64,000 nt of DNA. Source: Dehalococcoidia bacterium. GTDB lineage: Bacteria > Chloroflexota > Dehalococcoidia > GIF9 > AB-539-J10. Positions 22,806 to 32,192 of this stretch are shown here, one piece after another; within the stretch, counting starts at the first letter, position 1; the number at the start of each line of letters is the position of its first letter. The stretch is from positions 33,344 through 97,343 of the forward strand of contig JAUVZB010000004.1 of assembly GCA_030602785.1 (NCBI GenBank), read 5' to 3'. Under the pieces are notes generated by a model. The model had not been told where the DNA came from, searched no databases, and saw only the letters and a list, made by a program, of their open reading frames with translations. Position numbers and translations under genes: made by a program.

Positions 22806-23662
22806 TGGAATTCCCGCAGTTTCTCGAAATCCCACTTGCCGACCTGATTGACGGCATCATTTCCTGGATATTGGACAACCTGGGAGGAGTTCTTGACGCC
22901 ATCGGAGCTGGTCTCCTTGGTGGACTGGTAGCGATGGAGCGGCTGCTCCTCTGGGTGCCGTGGTTCGTCATAGTCGTAGGCGTCGGCTTTGTCGCGTGGA
23001 GGGCACTGCGCCGCTGGTGGGCCGGCCCGCTTATGGGGGGATTCCTCGTATTCATCGGCATGCTCGGATACTGGGACCTCGCAATGATGACGCTCGCCCT
23101 CATATTTGCGGCCGTCCTCATCTCCCTTGCCATCGGATTGCCCACGGGCATCCTGATGGCCCGCAATGACCGCTTCGCCAGTGTTCTTAAGCCCATGCTG
23201 GACGCAATGCAGACGATGCCCAGCTTTGTCTACCTCATTCCGGCTCTCATGTTCTTTGGCCTGGGCAAGGTGCCGGCGGTGTTCGCGACAATCATCTATG
23301 CTGTGCCCCCGGTTATCAGACTTACGAATGTGGGAATTCGCGGCGTGCCGCAGAGCGTGGTCGAAGCCGCTCAGGCATTCGGCGCAACGTCGCGACAGGT
23401 TCTGTTTGAAGTGCAGCTCCCACTTGCTTTCCCGTCCATCATGGTTGGCATCAACCAGACCACGATGATGGCCCTCGCCATGGTTGTGATTGCCTCGATG
23501 ATCGGCGCACGCGGGCTTGGTATGGAGGTGCTCCTGGCAATCAATCGAATCGAGGTCGGAAGAGGCTTCGAGGCGGGTCTGTCAATCGTCCTGCTGGCCA
23601 TCATGATTGACCGGATAACGCACGCGTTTGCGGCACGGCAGCAGTATACTAAGAGTTCATGA
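22802..23662 (+). CDS. opuAB: glycine betaine/proline ABC transporter permease
   Basis: Multi-TM BPD-transporter permease; ATGA start/stop overlap with opuAA. Confidence 0.85.
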   Translation: MMEFPQFLEIPLADLIDGIISWILDNLGGVLDAIGAGLLGGLVAMERLLLWVPWFVIVVGVGFVAWRALRRWWAGPLMGGFLVFIGMLGYWDLAMMTLALIFAAVLISLAIGLPTGILMARNDRFASVLKPMLDAMQTMPSFVYLIPALMFFGLGKVPAVFATIIYAVPPVIRLTNVGIRGVPQSVVEAAQAFGATSRQVLFEVQLPLAFPSIMVGINQTTMMALAMVVIASMIGARGLGMEVLLAINRIEVGRGFEAGLSIVLLAIMIDRITHAFAARQQYTKSS

Positions 23663-23687
23663 ATTGACAGGGAAGGGGGATGAGGGC

Positions 23688-24332
23688 ATGGCAACAGAGA
23701 GAGTCGCAATCTTCATTGACGGCAGCAACCTTTACCACTCGCTTGAGTCGACGATGAAGCGCCATGACCTCAACTTCGCCGAGTTCGTGAAGAAGCTCTG
23801 CGGGGAGCGCGGCCTCTTTCGCACTTACTACTACAACGCTCTCCAGGATGCGGGCCAGCGCCCGGATGCCTTTCGTGAGCAACAGGAGTTTCTTGAGACC
23901 CTGAGGAAGACGCCGTACCTGGAGGTGCGTCTTGGAAGCATCAAGACCGCCCAGGGCACACAGATAGAGAAGGGCGTCGATATCATGCTTGCGACCGACC
24001 TTCTCTACTTCGCGTGGAACAACTTCTACGACACCGCGGTGCTCGTCAGCGGTGACGCGGATTTCGCGTATGCATTCCAGGCCGTGAAGAACATGGGGAA
24101 GCATGTTGAGGTGGCCTACTTCGAGGGAACCACGGCGCGCGACTTGTTGAATGTCGCCGACGCCCGCCATCAATTGAACCGCAAGTTCTTCAATGGCCTG
24201 TGGAGCGGAAGACGGAGCCGTCGGCGCCGCTCCTCTGCGTCGTCATCTCAGGCAACTGTAAGCACACCGCAACCTGCAGCGGGGCCGCCCCGGCCGCCTG
24301 CGGCGGCCCCTGTCAACCGTCATGCCGGCTGA
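23688..24332 (+). CDS. NYN/LabA-like nuclease-domain protein with Ser/Arg/Pro-rich C-terminal tail
   Basis: VAIFIDGSNLYH…LVSGDADF motifs of the LabA/NYN family; convergent 20-bp overlap with the fabF 3' end. Confidence 0.7.
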   Translation: MATERVAIFIDGSNLYHSLESTMKRHDLNFAEFVKKLCGERGLFRTYYYNALQDAGQRPDAFREQQEFLETLRKTPYLEVRLGSIKTAQGTQIEKGVDIMLATDLLYFAWNNFYDTAVLVSGDADFAYAFQAVKNMGKHVEVAYFEGTTARDLLNVADARHQLNRKFFNGLWSGRRSRRRRSSASSSQATVSTPQPAAGPPRPPAAAPVNRHAG

Positions 24333-25554
24333 ACACCAGGACCGCATTCATCCCGCCGAAGCCGAATGACTGGGAGGTTGCCGTCTTCACGCTTGCTTCC
24401 CGCTTGACGTTCGGCACGTAGTCAAGGTCGCACTCGGGATCGGGTGTATCGTAGTTCACCGTTGGCGGTATCACTCCCCGGGAGAGAGTCAGTGCGGTGA
24501 AAATCGCCTCAACGGCTCCCGATGCACCCCACAGGTGGCCCATCATAGACTTGTTGGAACTGACCATCAGTCTCTTGCTGTGCTCGCCAAACGCCTTCTT
24601 GATTGCCTTCGTCTCCGAAATATCCCCCAGCCAGGTTGCTGTTCCGTGGGCGTTGATGTATTCGACTTCTGCCGCCGAGACCTCGGCGTCCTCGATCGCC
24701 AGCCTGATGCAGCGCGCCTGGCTCTCGAACTCGGGCTTCGTCGCGTGGTACGCGTCGATGTTCGAGCCGAAGCCGATTATCTCCGCATAGATGTGCGCCC
24801 CCCGTTCCCTTGCTCGTTCCAACTCCTCCAGAATCAAGACACCCGCTCCCTCTCCGCTCACGAAACCATCACGATGTAACTCAAACGGTCGGCTCGCTGC
24901 CTGAGGCTCATCGTTTCTCGTCGACGAAGCCTGAAGCCTGGCGAGGCTGTCGATGAAAATGGGCACAATCTGGGCTTCCGCTGCTCCGGCCACCATGATG
25001 TCTGCCTCACCGTACTGTATGAGGCGCATTGCGTCCCCGATGGCGTGTCCACCGCTGGCACACGCGGTGCTCACTCCGCGGCTCGGCCCCTTTATCCCGA
25101 AGGCCACGCTGATGTCATTGGCGCCCGCGCTCGGGATGTACATGGACGCCAGCATTCGAGTGATATCCTCGAAGCCGTCCTCGGATGCCGTCCGCATGCT
25201 GTGGCACAGTGTTCCAATGCCTCCCACGACGGTTCCCAGGATTACGCCGGTCCGCCAAGCGGTTGCTTCGTCCAGTACCAGCCCGGCGTCGTCAAGGGCC
25301 ATGCGCGTCGCCGCCGTGCCGTATTGAGCGAACAGGTCAGACCGCCGGGCGTGCTTCTTGCTCATGTAGCGTTCAGCTTCGAATCCGTGCACTTCGGCGG
25401 CAATCTGAGTGGCAATTCCTGTCGGGTCAAATCGCGTAATCCTGCCCGCACCGGAAACACCCTGACACAGGGCCGTCCAGGACTCCTCAACGCCTATGCC
25501 CAATGGTGTCACAGCGCCGACTCCGGTGATAACCACTCTTCGTCCGTTCTTCAT
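24313..25554 (-). CDS. fabF: 3-oxoacyl-[ACP] synthase II
   Basis: 413 aa KAS II; active-site Cys region (GPSRGVSTACASGGHAIGDA) and His motifs. Confidence 0.9.
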   Translation of the reverse strand: MKNGRRVVITGVGAVTPLGIGVEESWTALCQGVSGAGRITRFDPTGIATQIAAEVHGFEAERYMSKKHARRSDLFAQYGTAATRMALDDAGLVLDEATAWRTGVILGTVVGGIGTLCHSMRTASEDGFEDITRMLASMYIPSAGANDISVAFGIKGPSRGVSTACASGGHAIGDAMRLIQYGEADIMVAGAAEAQIVPIFIDSLARLQASSTRNDEPQAASRPFELHRDGFVSGEGAGVLILEELERARERGAHIYAEIIGFGSNIDAYHATKPEFESQARCIRLAIEDAEVSAAEVEYINAHGTATWLGDISETKAIKKAFGEHSKRLMVSSNKSMMGHLWGASGAVEAIFTALTLSRGVIPPTVNYDTPDPECDLDYVPNVKREASVKTATSQSFGFGGMNAVLVFSRHDG

Positions 25555-25593
25555 CTTGCAGTAAGCTCCTTCAGGCCTTGCGCTCCTTTGCAG

Positions 25594-26598
25594 CTAGCGC
25601 ATGCCATTCCCATGGTCTGAGGACTGAACTCGCGCCGTGCCTGCCGTCGTCACGGCGCCGTCCTGGTTGGGACCCCACACTTCACAGTCAGCATCCGACG
25701 TCGTTCCGGAATGCTGCACAGATACCACTCTTCCGCCGGCGGTCAGCACGCTGCCTGCCACATCCATCTCCCTATGCCGAACACTGAGCTGTCTTACGGC
25801 CGTACCGTCGCCGGCGTAGTTCTTGAGCATCTGTCCGATGATGGCCGTCTTGTACAGTCCCTGCACAATCGGCCCGGGAAGTCCCATCGAACGCGCGTAG
25901 TCAGCATCGTAGTGGATATCAACGAACTCCGCAGTAGCAGTTGCGAACATTGCCAGATAGCGCACGGTGACAGGCCCCACAGTGTATTCGCGCATGCTGT
26001 CCTGCTTCTCAACTGGAATCCCTCCGGCAGGGGCCCCGCATGCGGAAATCACCGGGCGACGCTGTCGCGCAGCGCAGAATATCTTGCGTCGAAGGAGCAA
26101 ATCGCCCTCTGCGTTTGAGAAAGTCTTCTCGAAGGTGTAGAAGAGGAATCTCCCGCTCCTCCCTTGCCTCTCATACGCGTCCACGAACTGCTCCCGACAT
26201 GTGAGCGTCATGCCCGGCCGCACAGGCGCAAAGAAATCGAACTCGTCGCAGGTTGCCACGGTCAGCCATTCCGCGGGCAACGGTAGAACCAGATCGAACA
26301 TTGTACGTGGGTCGCCGGCAGGAATGCCTCGCAACCCGATCGCACCTCCAAAGAAGGTTGGTGGGGCTACGATTCCTCCGTGCTTCGTGCCGCGGGCGTA
26401 TTCCTCTTCCCGGTAGAGGGGATCAGGGTCCATTATCGAATCGGCGTAGTACTTCACCGACCCCGGGTCAACAACGTACGTGGTCGGTGCCGATTCCTGC
26501 CCTATGCAGCGCTTCAGCGCGGCAAGTTCTTGTGACACGCTCTCTCCGTGTGCTGTGATCAATGGGCCACCCATCGTCCATCGCGGCATCACTGTCAC
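25594..26598 (-). CDS. double hot-dog MaoC-family dehydratase (N-terminal FAS1-like/MaoC N-term domain + C-terminal MaoC dehydratase)
   Basis: 334 aa with two hot-dog halves; adjacent to fabF; candidate (R)-hydroxyacyl dehydratase. Confidence 0.65.
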   Translation of the reverse strand: MTVMPRWTMGGPLITAHGESVSQELAALKRCIGQESAPTTYVVDPGSVKYYADSIMDPDPLYREEEYARGTKHGGIVAPPTFFGGAIGLRGIPAGDPRTMFDLVLPLPAEWLTVATCDEFDFFAPVRPGMTLTCREQFVDAYERQGRSGRFLFYTFEKTFSNAEGDLLLRRKIFCAARQRRPVISACGAPAGGIPVEKQDSMREYTVGPVTVRYLAMFATATAEFVDIHYDADYARSMGLPGPIVQGLYKTAIIGQMLKNYAGDGTAVRQLSVRHREMDVAGSVLTAGGRVVSVQHSGTTSDADCEVWGPNQDGAVTTAGTARVQSSDHGNGMR

Positions 26599-26701
26599 CC
26601 GGAGGACAGGGCTCCCGCCGGTGATGCACCTCAGCCTGTTTGGGGATGATGGGTGTTTGCTACGTCAGGCCTTTACCAGTGGCCGGCTCCAGGAAACGCC
26701 A

Positions 26702-26783
26702 TGGGGAAGGGGGGACTCGAACCCCCACGCCCGAAGGCACATGATCCTAAGTCATGCTCGTCTGCCAATTCCGACACTTCCCC
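26702..26783 (-). tRNA. tRNA-Leu (anticodon TAG), type II with long variable arm
   Basis: Reverse complement GGGGAAGTGTCGGAATTGGCAGACGAGCATGACTTAGGATCATGTGCCTTCGGGCGTGGGGGTTCGAGTCCCCCCTTCCCCA folds into a cloverleaf (acceptor GGGGAAG/CTTCCCC, anticodon loop CTTAGGA, T-arm GGGGGTTCGAGTCCCCC); CCA not encoded. Confidence 0.85.
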
Positions 26784-27226
26784 ACGAATGGGCGTTGCCT
26801 TCCGGCAAGCAGCCTCCTGTGAACGTTGCGAGCGATTCGGTGAACTCCGTACGTGCGAACCGCTCACAAGCAATGTCCTGAATCCAGTTCAGGCCTTCTG
26901 GAACGAGTCGATACACGGTTCAATTCTAGCAGATGGAGCTTCGCAGGTTCGGTTGCCAGGCTCCTGCAGCCGGAGAGAATACGGGCTTCGCCGTGGCATC
27001 TCAGAGCAGCTACCATCGTGGAAGTCCGGGAGGTGGTGGACTGACCGTAGTATAGCCGTCACCCGGAGACGATGCCGCGCTATCGGGCCACGGGAAACCC
27101 GTTTCGCGCGAGTTGTCACGGCTGCCGTGGTGTTCCATAAGCCAGCCTTTGCCCACGTGATATCATGTGCGTTCGCGCGGTCACGTCACCCGCTTGGAGT
27201 GGCCGGCTGAAGGGAGAGCTGACGAC

Positions 27227-27631
27227 ATGAGCCAGGAATTCCGGCGTGCCACTGACGAGGAGAGCAGGAACTGCATCATCGCCTACCGCGACGTGCCGGC
27301 GGCAGAGCTTGCACCCGGGGCAATGAGCCACATCCTCGCAGGCAAGAACATGACACTCAGTTTCGCCAGTCTCAAGGCTGGCTCCTACTTCCCCGTGCAC
27401 ACTCATCCCTGCGAGCAAATGATGCTCATCCTCAAGGGAGAGCTGGACGCGATCCTTGAGGGCGTTCTCTACCGCATGAGGCCAGGGGACGTTATCCTGT
27501 TTCCCGCAGGACTTGAGCACGGAGCCCGGATGCGCGAGCAGGATTGCGAGATTCTGGATATCTTCTCCCCCGCCCGACCGAACTACGAGGAGAAGCTCAA
27601 GCAGGCGGTGGCCGCCAACGCCCAGGGGTGA
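27227..27631 (+). CDS. cupin-domain protein
   Basis: Conserved-barrel motifs (HTHPCEQMMLILKGE…PAGLEHGA); the ORF may start at GTG 27167. Confidence 0.65.
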   Translation: MSQEFRRATDEESRNCIIAYRDVPAAELAPGAMSHILAGKNMTLSFASLKAGSYFPVHTHPCEQMMLILKGELDAILEGVLYRMRPGDVILFPAGLEHGARMREQDCEILDIFSPARPNYEEKLKQAVAANAQG

Positions 27632-27832
27632 AGTGCGCTGCAGGGGACTACCTGCGCACGAACCTGCAGGTCGCTCTCCAGACGAGGGAGCAGAAGAACA
27701 TCGGTGGGGGGAACGTGGTGCTGCCGAGCACGTCGCTGGTGCACGCCGCGTGAGACACCGGAGTCACGTTTTCGCGGGCTGGGGCAGTAGCGCGAAAACC
27801 GCTGCCCCTGGCAATGAAGAACCTGCGGTGTG

Positions 27833-27931
27833 CTAGGAGCCTGTCGGAGTAATGTTTTGCCTGAAGCTAAATGCCCCCGATTCTTAGGTTGCTCTAGCTT
27901 TGACTCAGGGATTACTCGGACACACTCCTAG
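27833..27931. repeat. 99-bp MITE-like repeat, copy 1 (identical to 47518-47616), with CTAGGAG/CTCCTAG terminal inverted repeat
   Basis: Base-for-base identical to copy 2; subterminal inverted repeat TGTCGGAGTAAT / ATTACTCGGACA; AT-richer than its surroundings; provides the stop codon (CTA on minus strand) of the MetE-like gene. Confidence 0.9.
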
Positions 27932-28794
27932 CGCGTGTCCCATTCCCTGGCAGCAGCCACCATGACTTCGAGCTTCTTGAACGCTGCATCGCGCGGCATC
28001 AGCCGAAGACCACAATCGGGATGCACCACGATTCTTTCGGCCGGCAGCAGCCGCGCCGCCCTATCTATGAGTGCGACGACGTCCTCGACCGTGTCTACTT
28101 CAACCACCTTCGTATTGATGCAGCCCAGGCCAAGCACGCGGTCACTCGCTTTCAGTTCAGGGGACTCAAGAACATCGTCGTTCTTGTCTCCCATGAAGGC
28201 GTGTGACAGCAGAGTGATACCCTGCCATTCAAGCAGTTGCGGGAATATCGTGCCGACGCTGCCGCAGACATGCATGGCAACCGGCACCGTCAGTGCAGTG
28301 GCCATTCGCTCGACGGCTTTTCGTGCGATGGCCATCGGTGCGCCGACTGAGAGGAATGGCTCGTCGATCTGTATCCACTCGGCCCCTTCGGCCACGAGGG
28401 CCCTGGCAATGTCGAGCAGTGCATCCGCCGTGTCGAGATACACGTTCTCGTCACGATAGCCGCCGTACTCGCTCTTGATGCGCGAGGAGAAGACCAGCGT
28501 GACAGGACCGGTAATCAGCCCCTTGACGCGCGGCGCGACGCTCTTCGCCACTCGAAAGTCTTCGACAAACTCATCCGCGTGCCCCCGGCCTATCTTGCCC
28601 TCGATGACGCTCTTGCCATCGAAGGTGTAGCCGTCAATGGCCCGGGCGAAGTACTCGATCATGTCGTAACGGGTCTGGCCGTCAGTCACGAGGTCCACAC
28701 CTACCCGAAGCTGGTCGTCAACGGTCCGGAGTATCGCGTCCCGTCCCAGTTCATCGTACTTCAACGGATAGCTTCCAATCACTGTTGTGAGCAT
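27928..28794 (-). CDS. short MetE-like protein (cobalamin-independent methionine synthase C-terminal/catalytic-domain homologue, archaeal-type)
   Basis: 288 aa; UroD/MetE TIM-barrel motifs (IQIDEP…, HVCGS…, C-terminal HPDCGL zinc-ligand region). Confidence 0.7.
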   Translation of the reverse strand: MLTTVIGSYPLKYDELGRDAILRTVDDQLRVGVDLVTDGQTRYDMIEYFARAIDGYTFDGKSVIEGKIGRGHADEFVEDFRVAKSVAPRVKGLITGPVTLVFSSRIKSEYGGYRDENVYLDTADALLDIARALVAEGAEWIQIDEPFLSVGAPMAIARKAVERMATALTVPVAMHVCGSVGTIFPQLLEWQGITLLSHAFMGDKNDDVLESPELKASDRVLGLGCINTKVVEVDTVEDVVALIDRAARLLPAERIVVHPDCGLRLMPRDAAFKKLEVMVAAAREWDTR

Positions 28795-29000
28795 GGTTAT
28801 CGTCCTCCGTTGTATGTGGCGCCAACCGCCGCACGTCCAAGTAGTGCCAGAGGGGCATTATAGCGGACTGAGCTCGAATCCAGGTAGTGACGACACAGTC
28901 CGGATGCAGGGGAAGACGTGCGCGGCACCGAGGTCGGCCCGGGCTTGCCCACTTCGGCGAAGACCGGTCGCCCGGCGACCCCCCGTGCGCGCTAGCTTCG

Positions 29001-29219
29001 CTATGGTGTGCCCGTCTCTTCTCCTGCATGTCTGCGGCGGGACTTCTTCACAGGTTTCGACCCGTTCAGCAGTTCGGTGAATCTGCCGATCGGCGCGGCG
29101 TAGACATGGCCATCGCTCCGGACGAACAGCATCTTGGGCTGACCATCTCCGTCAACGAAGATGTCGAGGATTTCCACCTCCTCCTGGTCCTTGCTGTTCG
29201 GGTGATACTGAGCCTTCAT
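29001..29219 (-). CDS. small hypothetical protein (72 aa), possibly co-transcribed with the HD protein
   Basis: ATG-initiated ORF 16 bp downstream of the HD gene stop on the same strand; no recognised domain. Confidence 0.3.
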   Translation of the reverse strand: MKAQYHPNSKDQEEVEILDIFVDGDGQPKMLFVRSDGHVYAAPIGRFTELLNGSKPVKKSRRRHAGEETGTP

Positions 29220-29234
29220 TCACGCCACCCGGAA

Positions 29235-30455
29235 CTAAGTTCCGAACCCATCCGGCCTCTCAGAAGTAAGTTGCAGGGAGGCGTACACGCCTTCCATGTC
29301 AATTGCGGCGATTGTCTGACCACGGTATTTCTTCCTGATGGAGCTTCGCGCTCGAGCCAATTCAGGAGAGGATATGCCGTTTCGCTTTGCGAGGTACGCC
29401 TCCATGTATGCAGCAAGGTCGTCCACTGCCTTGACCAACTCGCCGTCTCGAGGGTTGAACCTGTCGTCGTTGAAACGGCTGCTAATCTCAGCAATCGAGC
29501 AGTGTACGACCTCTCCGTCTACAAATGCCACGTTGCGGAATTCGTCCTCGGTGAAGAGTCGCAGGTCTGGGTGCCACGAGGCGGGCACCAGTGGGTAGAC
29601 CTTCTCCTCCATCTCTTCTCTTTCGTAGCTCTTGATTAGCGCGCTGATTCCTCTCACCGAGTGTTTCACCGGAGAGATGATGTCTCTTGTGAGAGCCTCC
29701 GGCAGGTCATGGAACAGCCCCGTGAAGTAGTTGTTGGCGCACCGCCGGGGGCAGGCTCCCGTCTCGAGGGAGAAGAGGTAGGAGAGCATCGCCACAATGA
29801 GCATGTGGCCGAGGACTGATGTCTTCGGAATCCTGTGCACGTGGCTCCAGCGGACCTGAAAACGCAGCAGTCCGCAGAGGTCAAAGAAGCTTCTTAGCTT
29901 GGGATACAGTTCCAGTTCCCGCAGTCCGGTGAGATCGTAGTACTGCTCCTGTTGCGACTCGAGCCGGGCGCTGATTCGCTCCATTTCGTATCCATCAGGA
30001 TTGGCACGCCGGATAATCTCGAATTCCCACTTCGTTGCGAAGAAGTGCGCTGCATTGAGCACGCGCCTGTATGTCGGCTCGTCGGTCTCAGTGAGGTACT
30101 GCCGGAACCGACTGCAGAAGCCGTCCCCGAGTGGGGTGATGACACCGGCAAGTTCAGACAACACCCAGTCGTTCAATTCCTGGTAACGCTTGGGGTCCTC
30201 CTTTATCTTGTAGAAGACCTGCGGCTTCAGGTCTGTGAGTACAAGGCGCTGAAAGTACTCGAAAAGGCCGCCCTCGATGATGTCCGTCCAACTGAAATCA
30301 GTACGGTGCTCTTCGTACTTCCCGAGCATGTACGCCCCAATCATCTTGTGCGCCTGCTTGTCGAGCTCTGTGAGTTCTACAGGACGAATCTGGTCGTTCC
30401 AGCGTTGCATGTACGCTGCGTCGAACAACCGAATCAGCAGGTCCTTCGTAACCAT
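29235..30455 (-). CDS. tandem YfbR-like HD-domain protein (N-terminal degenerate HD-like repeat + C-terminal intact HD phosphohydrolase)
   Basis: C-terminal half has the H…HD motifs (VLGHMLIVAML…GLFHDLPEALTRDIISPVK, cf. YfbR MYHDASEVLTGDLPTPVK); N-terminal half is homologous but lacks the metal-ligand His/Asp (IRLFDAAYMQRWNDQIRP…LDKQAHKMIGAYMLG); start taken at the internal Met (MVTKD…) at 30455. Confidence 0.6.
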   Translation of the reverse strand: MVTKDLLIRLFDAAYMQRWNDQIRPVELTELDKQAHKMIGAYMLGKYEEHRTDFSWTDIIEGGLFEYFQRLVLTDLKPQVFYKIKEDPKRYQELNDWVLSELAGVITPLGDGFCSRFRQYLTETDEPTYRRVLNAAHFFATKWEFEIIRRANPDGYEMERISARLESQQEQYYDLTGLRELELYPKLRSFFDLCGLLRFQVRWSHVHRIPKTSVLGHMLIVAMLSYLFSLETGACPRRCANNYFTGLFHDLPEALTRDIISPVKHSVRGISALIKSYEREEMEEKVYPLVPASWHPDLRLFTEDEFRNVAFVDGEVVHCSIAEISSRFNDDRFNPRDGELVKAVDDLAAYMEAYLAKRNGISSPELARARSSIRKKYRGQTIAAIDMEGVYASLQLTSERPDGFGT

Positions 30456-30647
30456 ACACACCGTGTTCGATAAGCCGTCGTGGCCGCTCGCATTATACAC
30501 CCGCCCGTCAGGCCGGCAGCCGCAGCTCCGGACTGTCGTCGGCGTGCATGCCCGACGATGCATGGCCCCGGGAGGAGCTGTGCTCGCGTACGCGTGGTAG
30601 AATGACAGGCTTCCGCTACGGGCGGAACGGACAAAGGAGGCAGCACT

Positions 30648-31550
30648 GTGTGGCTGAAGGAGCCGGCCGAAATCAATGAAACGATACGATTTCTCGGTAC
30701 CCATGAACTCTGTTTCTACCTCGTGCAGGGAAGAGACGCGTTAATCATCGGGGGCGGCATGAACCACGCTGCTCCGGCACTTGAGACACAGTTGCGCGAT
30801 ATCGATATCGATCCCCATCGAGTGAAATACTTGGTGGTCACGCACTCGCACTTCGATCACTGCGGGGCAGTTGCTTACCTCAGAAGGCGTTTCCCCGACA
30901 TCGAAGTGCTGGCAACAGCTGCCTCGAAAGATGCACTCGCCAAACAGAAGGTGGCGGACTACAACGCAAGGATGAACGACCTCGCTGCCGAACAGGTGGG
31001 GTTACGCGAAGAGTGCATGCCGCTCGAAGGCCAACCAGATGCGTTCCGCATCGACAGAGCGGTCTCGGAAGGAGACGTTGTCGACCTGGGAGAGGGAGTC
31101 AGCGTGGAATTCCATGAAGTACCCGGGCACAGCAAGTGCTGTCTTGCGACCTATGTGCCCGGATGCAGGGCCTTGTTTCCGACGGACACGACTCCGCATC
31201 CGGTCAACGATTGGAACGACCTGGCCTTTCCTTCCGCGCAATACGACTTCGCTTCCTATGTGAAGTCCCTGAGGCGGCTCGGCGAGTTCGATGTGGAGAT
31301 ACTGGGCCTGGACCATCACGGAGTGATGCTGGGCGCTCAGGCGAAGGAATTCCTGAGACTTGGACTACAGCGCACTCTGGATTTTCAGCAAGAGGTGCTG
31401 AGACGTTACGCCGTCTCGAAGGACCTGGACGAGGTTGCCAGGGAGACCGCGCGTGAAGCGCTGGGCAAGGTCAAGCTTCAGTTCATCACCGAGGACCTGA
31501 TGTTGATTATCACGCGAAAGATGATAAGGAACATCGTCGCGGAAAACTGA
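30648..31550 (+). CDS. metallo-beta-lactamase fold protein
   Basis: HxHxDH motif (THSHFDHCG), 300 aa. Confidence 0.7.
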   Translation: MWLKEPAEINETIRFLGTHELCFYLVQGRDALIIGGGMNHAAPALETQLRDIDIDPHRVKYLVVTHSHFDHCGAVAYLRRRFPDIEVLATAASKDALAKQKVADYNARMNDLAAEQVGLREECMPLEGQPDAFRIDRAVSEGDVVDLGEGVSVEFHEVPGHSKCCLATYVPGCRALFPTDTTPHPVNDWNDLAFPSAQYDFASYVKSLRRLGEFDVEILGLDHHGVMLGAQAKEFLRLGLQRTLDFQQEVLRRYAVSKDLDEVARETAREALGKVKLQFITEDLMLIITRKMIRNIVAEN

Positions 31551-31640
31551 GCATGTCACCGTCGCCACGGCGAAACGCGCAGGGCCCCAATTCCGGGGCC
31601 CTGTGTATCGTTGTCTTCCGTGCCACCGACTACGAAGGCG

Positions 31641-31940
31641 CTATGAATTGTCTCGAAGTCGGCCGAAGCAGTCGCTGCAGTAGACGGGACGACCGTCACG
31701 TGGCTCGAACGGGACTTCACAGTCCTTCCCGCACTGAGCGCATACCGCGCTGTACATCTGTCGATTCTGGAAACCGTCGCCGCTATCGGAGCGCCGGGTC
31801 CTGCGGGTTCGACGGCACGTGAGGCAGCGCTTGGGCTCGTTCGTGTAGCCTTTGGTCGCGAAGAACTCCTGTTCCTCGGCCGTGAAAACGAAGTCCATGC
31901 CGCAGTCCACACATTGAAGGGTCTTGTCTGCGAAACTCAC
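31641..31940 (-). CDS. double zinc-ribbon (4x CxxC) small protein
   Basis: CVDCG…CLTCRR…CAQCG…CSDCF pattern; 99 aa; Arg-rich linker. Confidence 0.6.
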   Translation of the reverse strand: MSFADKTLQCVDCGMDFVFTAEEQEFFATKGYTNEPKRCLTCRRTRRTRRSDSGDGFQNRQMYSAVCAQCGKDCEVPFEPRDGRPVYCSDCFGRLRDNS

Positions 31941-32192
31941 TGGGTGACCTCCTGTCCTGTCCCTAGCATTTGGCTCTAGTTTCGGTCATCCAGTGCACCC
32001 AGGGGTACTTCATAGATAGTCAGAAGACTCGATAACCTACGCTTGCAACCAGCGAACCGAAGTATAGAGAAAGCCTCTTTCGTTTTCAACAGCAATTGTC
32101 AAGTAGCCGCATAGCCGGCTGTCGCGAGTCGACGCCCACTCCCATTGCCATACGTCCCACACATCTCAACAGGATCTTGCCCCGGGGACGGG

